From: Mycolicibacterium smegmatis
GTDB lineage: Bacteria; Actinomycetota; Actinomycetes; Mycobacteriales; Mycobacteriaceae
NCBI RefSeq assembly: GCF_001457595.1
Contig: NZ_LN831039.1
Location: 6,450,001 to 6,482,000, forward strand
Reading direction: 5' to 3'
Length of the DNA stretch: 32,000 nucleotides
Each line of letters opens with the position of its first letter. Within the stretch, counting starts at the first letter, position 1. The notes under the pieces were generated by a model. The model was not told the DNA's origin, made no database searches, and worked only from the letters and a program-made list of their open reading frames with translations. A program made the translations under genes and the position numbers. Positions 29,706 to 32,000 of this stretch are shown here, piece by piece.

Positions 29706-31598
29706 TCAGTCGGTGGCATCCGGGAAGTCGTTGGCCACCTTGCCGGCGCGCAGCGAGCCGTCCAGGTAGGCGGCACGGCAGGCACGGCGCCCGATCTTGC
29801 CGCTGGAGGTGCGCGGGATCGCACCGGCCGCGGTCAGCAGCACGTCGCGCACCGTGACGCCGTGGCGGACCGCGATCGCGGCGCGGATGTCGTCGGTGAT
29901 GGGGCCGATGTCGAGCTTGTGCGCACCGGGCGCGCGCTCGGCCACGATCACCAGCTGTTCGGAGGTGTCGTCGGGATCGCGCTTGATACCCGAGTGCGCG
30001 TTCTCGAACACCTCGTCGGGCAGCTGGTTGGCCGGCACCGAGAACGCCGCGACGTAACCGGTGCGGATGGCCTTGCTGGCCTCCTGCGCCGAGTACTCGA
30101 GGTCCTGCGGGTAGTGGTTGCGGCCGTCGATGATGACGAGGTCCTTGACGCGGCCCGTGATGTAGAGGTCGCCGTCGTAGAACGCGCCGTAGTCACCCGT
30201 GCGCACCCAGGTCGCGTCGTCTGCGGCACCCTCGGCGTGCGACGGGTTGGTGCGCGACTTGAGGATGTTCTGGAACGTCGCGATCGACTCCTCGGGCTTG
30301 CCCCAGTAGCCGGTGCCCATGTTCTGGCCGCTGATCCAGATCTCGCCGACCTGGCCGTCGGGCAGCTCGGTGGCCGACTCGGCGTCGACGATCACGGCCC
30401 ACTCGGCGATCCCGACCTTGCCAGCGGACGCCTGCGCGACGGCCTTGGGCGAATCGGCGTCGACCTCGACGATGCGGCCCGCGTTCAGCTGGTCACGGTC
30501 GACCGTGATGATCTTCGGCTCTTCCGAGCTGGGCGTGGTGGACACGAACAGCGTGGCCTCGGCGAGGCCGTAGGACGGCTTGATGGCCTTGGGCGGGAAG
30601 CCGAACGGGCCGAACGCCTCGTTGAAGCGGCGCACCGTGGCAGCCGAGATCGGCTCGCTGCCGTTGAGGACGGCCTTGACGTTGGACAGGTCCAGCGGGG
30701 GCGATCCCGGCTTCGGCACACCGCGCGCCGCGGCGTGGTCGAACGCGAAGTTCGGCGCCACCGAGATGGTGCCGCCGGTGTCGCTCTCCTTGCGCGCGAG
30801 TTCGCGGATCCAGCGCTCGGGGCGCCGGACGAACGCGGCCGGGGTCATGAAGGTGAAGTAGTGGCCGATCATCGGTGCGAGCAGCGCGGTGATGAGACCC
30901 ATGTCGTGGAAGAACGGCAGCCACGAGATCCCGCGGTCACCTTCCTCGCCTTCGAGCGCCTCGATGACCTGCACCACGTTGGTCGCCAGGTTGAGATGGG
31001 TGATCTGGACACCGGTCGGGATCCGGGTGGAGCCCGAGGTGTACTGCAGATACGCGATGGTGGTCTCGTCGGGCTCTTCCGGGTTGACCCACGTGGCAGC
31101 GACGTCGTCGGGCACCGCGTCGACCGCGATCACGCGGGGACGCTGGTTGGCCGGACGGGTGCGGAAGAACTTGCGCACACCCTCGGCGGCATCGGTGGTG
31201 GTCAGGATCGCCGATGGATGGCAGTTGTCGAGCACCGCGTGCAGACGGCCCACGTGGCCGGGCTCGGACGGATCGAACAGCGGAACCGCGATGCGGCCCG
31301 CATACAGCGCTCCGAAGAACGCGACCAGGTAATCGAGGTTCTGGGGACACAGGATGGCCACGCGGTCGCCGGGCTGGGTGACCTGCTGCAGACGGGCCGC
31401 GACCGCGCGGTTGCGGGCACTGAACTGCGCCCAGGTCAGGTCGCGGGGCACACCGTCACGTTCCGTGGAGAAGTCGAGGAACCGGTAGGCGAGTTTGTCG
31501 CCGCGCACCTTGGCCCAGCGCTCCACGTGCGCGACGATGCTGCTGCCGTCAGGGAACTTGATTTGTCCGTCCTTGATGAACGGATTGTGGAACGGCAT
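29706..31598 (-). CDS. fadD32: Long-chain fatty acid-AMP ligase FadD32 (630 aa)
   Basis: '[26 protein letters not shown]', '[15 protein letters not shown]', '[11 protein letters not shown]'. ATG 31598 preceded by CAGGAGAGTGAT. Confidence 0.96.
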   Translation of the reverse strand: MPFHNPFIKDGQIKFPDGSSIVAHVERWAKVRGDKLAYRFLDFSTERDGVPRDLTWAQFSARNRAVAARLQQVTQPGDRVAILCPQNLDYLVAFFGALYAGRIAVPLFDPSEPGHVGRLHAVLDNCHPSAILTTTDAAEGVRKFFRTRPANQRPRVIAVDAVPDDVAATWVNPEEPDETTIAYLQYTSGSTRIPTGVQITHLNLATNVVQVIEALEGEEGDRGISWLPFFHDMGLITALLAPMIGHYFTFMTPAAFVRRPERWIRELARKESDTGGTISVAPNFAFDHAAARGVPKPGSPPLDLSNVKAVLNGSEPISAATVRRFNEAFGPFGFPPKAIKPSYGLAEATLFVSTTPSSEEPKIITVDRDQLNAGRIVEVDADSPKAVAQASAGKVGIAEWAVIVDAESATELPDGQVGEIWISGQNMGTGYWGKPEESIATFQNILKSRTNPSHAEGAADDATWVRTGDYGAFYDGDLYITGRVKDLVIIDGRNHYPQDLEYSAQEASKAIRTGYVAAFSVPANQLPDEVFENAHSGIKRDPDDTSEQLVIVAERAPGAHKLDIGPITDDIRAAIAVRHGVTVRDVLLTAAGAIPRTSSGKIGRRACRAAYLDGSLRAGKVANDFPDATD

Positions 31599-31656
31599 AT
31601 CACTCTCCTGTGTCAGAGCCGTGCTCATCGCGTTGTCGCACGTCACACGGCGCGTC

Positions 31657-31673
31657 CCGGCCGCAACGGCCGG
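31657..31673 (-). repeat. Short perfect inverted repeat in the fadD32 upstream region
   Basis: CCGGCCG-caa-CGGCCGG (7-bp arms, 3-nt loop), about 60 nt upstream of ATG 31598. Confidence 0.6.
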
Positions 31674-31806
31674 TGAACGCACCGAAACCCGGAGAATCGT
31701 ACCGGGCATTGCGATCCGAGCGATCCGAGCTCGTGGATCGGCCGACCGCCACTGCTCGGTCAGCTCCTCTACGTGCGCGAAGCTCTTAGTTTTCTCTTAA
31801 TGTTAA

Positions 31807-31822
31807 GGGACCGGGTGGTCCC
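31807..31822 (-). terminator. Possible terminator hairpin downstream of the cutinase-like gene
   Basis: GGGACC-gggt-GGTCCC, about 20 nt past the minus-strand stop, followed on the minus strand by TTAACATT. Confidence 0.45.
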
Positions 31823-31842
31823 GTCCAAATCCGGCGCGCGCG

Positions 31843-32000
31843 TCAACCGTGTTTCGGATGAGGCGCATTTTCGACAAGATTGCGGGCCCATTCGAGCGTC
31901 CACTGCGTGGCGGTTTGCCCGTTCTCGACCCAGAACTGCGGTGTGTTGTACAGCGCGTGCACAGGTCCCGCGGCGCTGCCCGACAGCGTCTCGAGGGTCT
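31843..32000 (-). CDS. Cutinase-family (Culp6-like) protein, C-terminal end only; extends beyond the window
   Basis: Hand translation: ...[51 protein letters not shown]. Position upstream of fadD32 matches recalled synteny of Rv3802c. Confidence 0.75.

Noticed and set aside
31725-31790. Possible tRNA-like sequence upstream of fadD32
   Set aside because: No acceptor-stem pairing or TpsiC-type GTTCRA motif could be assembled by eye.

Overview
The window reads as a mycobacterial cell-envelope locus. It closely resembles the Mycolicibacterium smegmatis arabinan/mycolate region, but the species call is from recalled protein similarity only. Left to right: (i) an MFS transporter (59-1390, +). (ii) A compact three-gene minus-strand module with 4-bp overlaps (4171->1411): an Abhydrolase_8/DUF1023-like protein with a WXG100-like N-terminus, a lipoprotein, and an EspC/WXG100-like small protein carrying a YxxxD motif. 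(iii) dprE1. (iv) furA-katG, lying between dprE1 and dprE2. (v) dprE2-aftA-embC-embA-embB. (vi) A second MFS transporter with a strong palindrome at its 5' end. (vii) The minus-strand mycolate condensation genes fadD32-pks13-accD4. (viii) The C-terminal end of a cutinase-like (Culp6-type) gene at the right edge. Most of the window is well-studied core biology. The best candidate for something less described is the 1411-4171 module, which has the layout of a type VII secretion lipase/esterase effector with a helper and a membrane lipoprotein partner. Secondary signals are non-coding: a 17-bp perfect inverted repeat after embB, an 18-bp operator-like palindrome before the second MFS gene, matching promoter-like motifs at dprE1 and dprE2, and apparently leaderless promoters at furA and embA. 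The very long ORFs antisense to katG, embCAB and pks13 are treated as high-GC artefacts.
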